DNA of 64,000 nucleotides from Alphaproteobacteria bacterium (GTDB lineage Bacteria; Pseudomonadota; Alphaproteobacteria; Rickettsiales; SXRF01): NCBI GenBank assembly GCA_033763575.1, contig JANRKF010000033.1, positions 6,278 to 70,277 of the forward strand, read 5' to 3'. Shown piece by piece: positions 62,685 to 64,000 of this stretch (position 1 is its first letter; each line of letters starts with the position of its first letter). The notes under the pieces were generated by a model. It saw only the letters and a program-made list of their open reading frames with translations, ran no database searches and was not told where the DNA came from. The position numbers and the translations under genes were made by a program.

Positions 62685-62981
62685 CTAAAATGGATCATAG
62701 GAGTTGGTATAGCCGTGGAAGCCACGGTTCAGGCAACGAAACCCCTTGTTGACTTTGAGGATGAACAGCTCGATCGCCCGCGGCTCCTTGAGGCAGATCA
62801 GGTAGCCGACCAGATGCACCGTCGGCGTGACGATCAGGATAATTTTGAAGCTCTGCAGGTTGATGAAGGTGATCATGCTGACGATGGCGTTGATGACGAA
62901 ATACATGTAGCTCACGCCGAGGATCATCGTCGGTCGCGTAAGGCCCTGAAATAACGGGTCGGATTGTAATCTTCCTGCCAT
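62685..62981 (-). CDS. virB3: type IV secretion protein VirB3
   Basis: 98 aa. Contains DPLFQGLTRPTMILGV and two TM helices. It lies 6 nt upstream of virB4. Confidence 0.9.
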   Translation of the reverse strand: MAGRLQSDPLFQGLTRPTMILGVSYMYFVINAIVSMITFINLQSFKIILIVTPTVHLVGYLICLKEPRAIELFILKVNKGFRCLNRGFHGYTNSYDPF

Positions 62982-63226
62982 ATTAAACTCCTAGCCCAGC
63001 TTGCTTAACAAAGGATGAATTTGCACCGCCCTTATCATAACACGTGAATGTTGCAGTTTTGTGGCAATCGGCTGAAAAACCAAAGAATCGCCGATTTCCG
63101 CCCGCCGGCGCCGGCCCCGCCCGGCAAAGCAGGCAGAGATTGTCATTATATTGTAATAATTTACCATTCGTCGGCAACCCTATTTTAGGGTAGAATGAGG
63201 ACGTATAACACTCCTGACGTGACCCT

Positions 63227-64000
63227 ATGGCCATTCATCACTGCCACCAGTCGTTAATTGAACGGGTAGAGTTCCATTCCCCGAGGAAGGGGCTGGTGCA
63301 CGCCTGTATTATCCCCACCCCGCAGATGAACGCCGAAGACCTCACCGACCTGCGCGGATATCTCGGCAGCAAGGGGCTTTCCACCCTGATGGATGTGCAT
63401 GACGGCCACAACGTGATCGAGGTGCGCGGCGTCAAAGACGATAAAACGCTGGTCCAGCTACTGAGGGAACACGGCGCGATCACCGGCGAAACGCGCATTG
63501 AGGGCACGCCGAACGACAAAGCGCACGAAACCACACTGATGGGGTCGATTGCCGATAATTCGCTGTTCCTCTCCGCCCTGTTTTATGACCTTGGAAACGT
63601 GGCCTATCTCGTTTCCGGCTACCAGCGCGGGCGGCATAACAAGGGCGGAAAATTCACCGCCAACGATGTTTCGGAAATGATGATCGGCGCCGCTTTCAGC
63701 GTCGGCGACCTGGCCATGACCTTCTGCGGCGGCGACCTCGGCAACCATGAGCTGATGGCCGTTCAGGACGCGCTCAAAACCCACCTGAAGGAAAAAGGCA
63801 TCGAGGTGCCAAAAGGCGACGCGCTCACACCCGATTCGCTCTATAAATCCGGCGCCATGCAGGAAACCTACGCCTGGGTGCAGAAAAATATCGTGCAGAT
63901 CAAATGCGCGACAGAAAGCGTCGCCGGGCTGTTCACCATCCATTCATCGCTCAAAAAAGGCGAGCGGAATAATTTTAAACTGGCCGGCGGTATCGCCATC
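63227..64000 (+). CDS. hypothetical membrane protein, N-terminal 258 aa (continues beyond window)
   Basis: Not in the ORF track because there is no stop in the window. My translation from ATG 63227: MAIHHCHQSLIERVEFHSPRKGL...SLFLSALFYDLGNVAYLVSGY...MMIGAAFSVGDLAMTF... An in-frame TGA lies at 63215. Third-position GC is high. Confidence 0.5.
   Translation, partial: MAIHHCHQSLIERVEFHSPRKGLVHACIIPTPQMNAEDLTDLRGYLGSKGLSTLMDVHDGHNVIEVRGVKDDKTLVQLLREHGAITGETRIEGTPNDKAHETTLMGSIADNSLFLSALFYDLGNVAYLVSGYQRGRHNKGGKFTANDVSEMMIGAAFSVGDLAMTFCGGDLGNHELMAVQDALKTHLKEKGIEVPKGDALTPDSLYKSGAMQETYAWVQKNIVQIKCATESVAGLFTIHSSLKKGERNNFKLAGGIAI

Overview
High-GC alphaproteobacterial-type chromosomal segment, densely coding. 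All calls come from reading the supplied translations and the DNA by eye. No database search was run. I saw no rRNA, CRISPR array, transposase or integrase.

Housekeeping genes:
- clpB (partial), nadA, gpsA, nadE
- cytochrome c maturation operon ccmDEFGHI
- etfBA, PduO-type adenosyltransferase, ppx/gppA-like, rlmE
- addB, tgt, tRNA-Lys(UUU)
- ctaA, hemA (ALA synthase), anmK, tyrS
- a soluble PAS-PAS chemoreceptor
- a ydbH-ynbE-ydbL envelope-lipid operon

Accessory content:
1. A split, Rickettsiales-vir-homolog-like type IV secretion system. virB3-virB4 and three tandem virB6 paralogs lie at 55.9-63.0 kb, apparently co-transcribed with a giant AsmA/YhdP-like gene. A detached virB8-virB9 pair lies at 7.5-9.1 kb.
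2. Tandem Flp pilin genes with no tad machinery nearby.
3. An 8.5-kb glycosyltransferase island next to tRNA-Lys. It has seven GT domains in five genes, a prepilin-like protein, a PqqD-like protein and a small ORF.
4. A 946-aa mosaic protein with coiled-coil, Pro/Ala-rich, transmembrane and EF-hand parts.
5. An orphan RepA/AAA_25-like ATPase.
6. A BrnT/BrnA toxin-antitoxin pair.
7. Several clusters of unknown small genes.

The most unusual signal is the load of structured palindromic repeats:
- A 174-bp element occurs twice, in opposite orientation. Each copy sits exactly at a host stop codon and is flanked by a 23-25-bp duplication of the host gene's last codons.
- Other palindromic elements are inserted in frame inside addB and tgt.
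- A GTCAT...ATGAC double-hairpin family sits on gene junctions, where it supplies stop and start codons.
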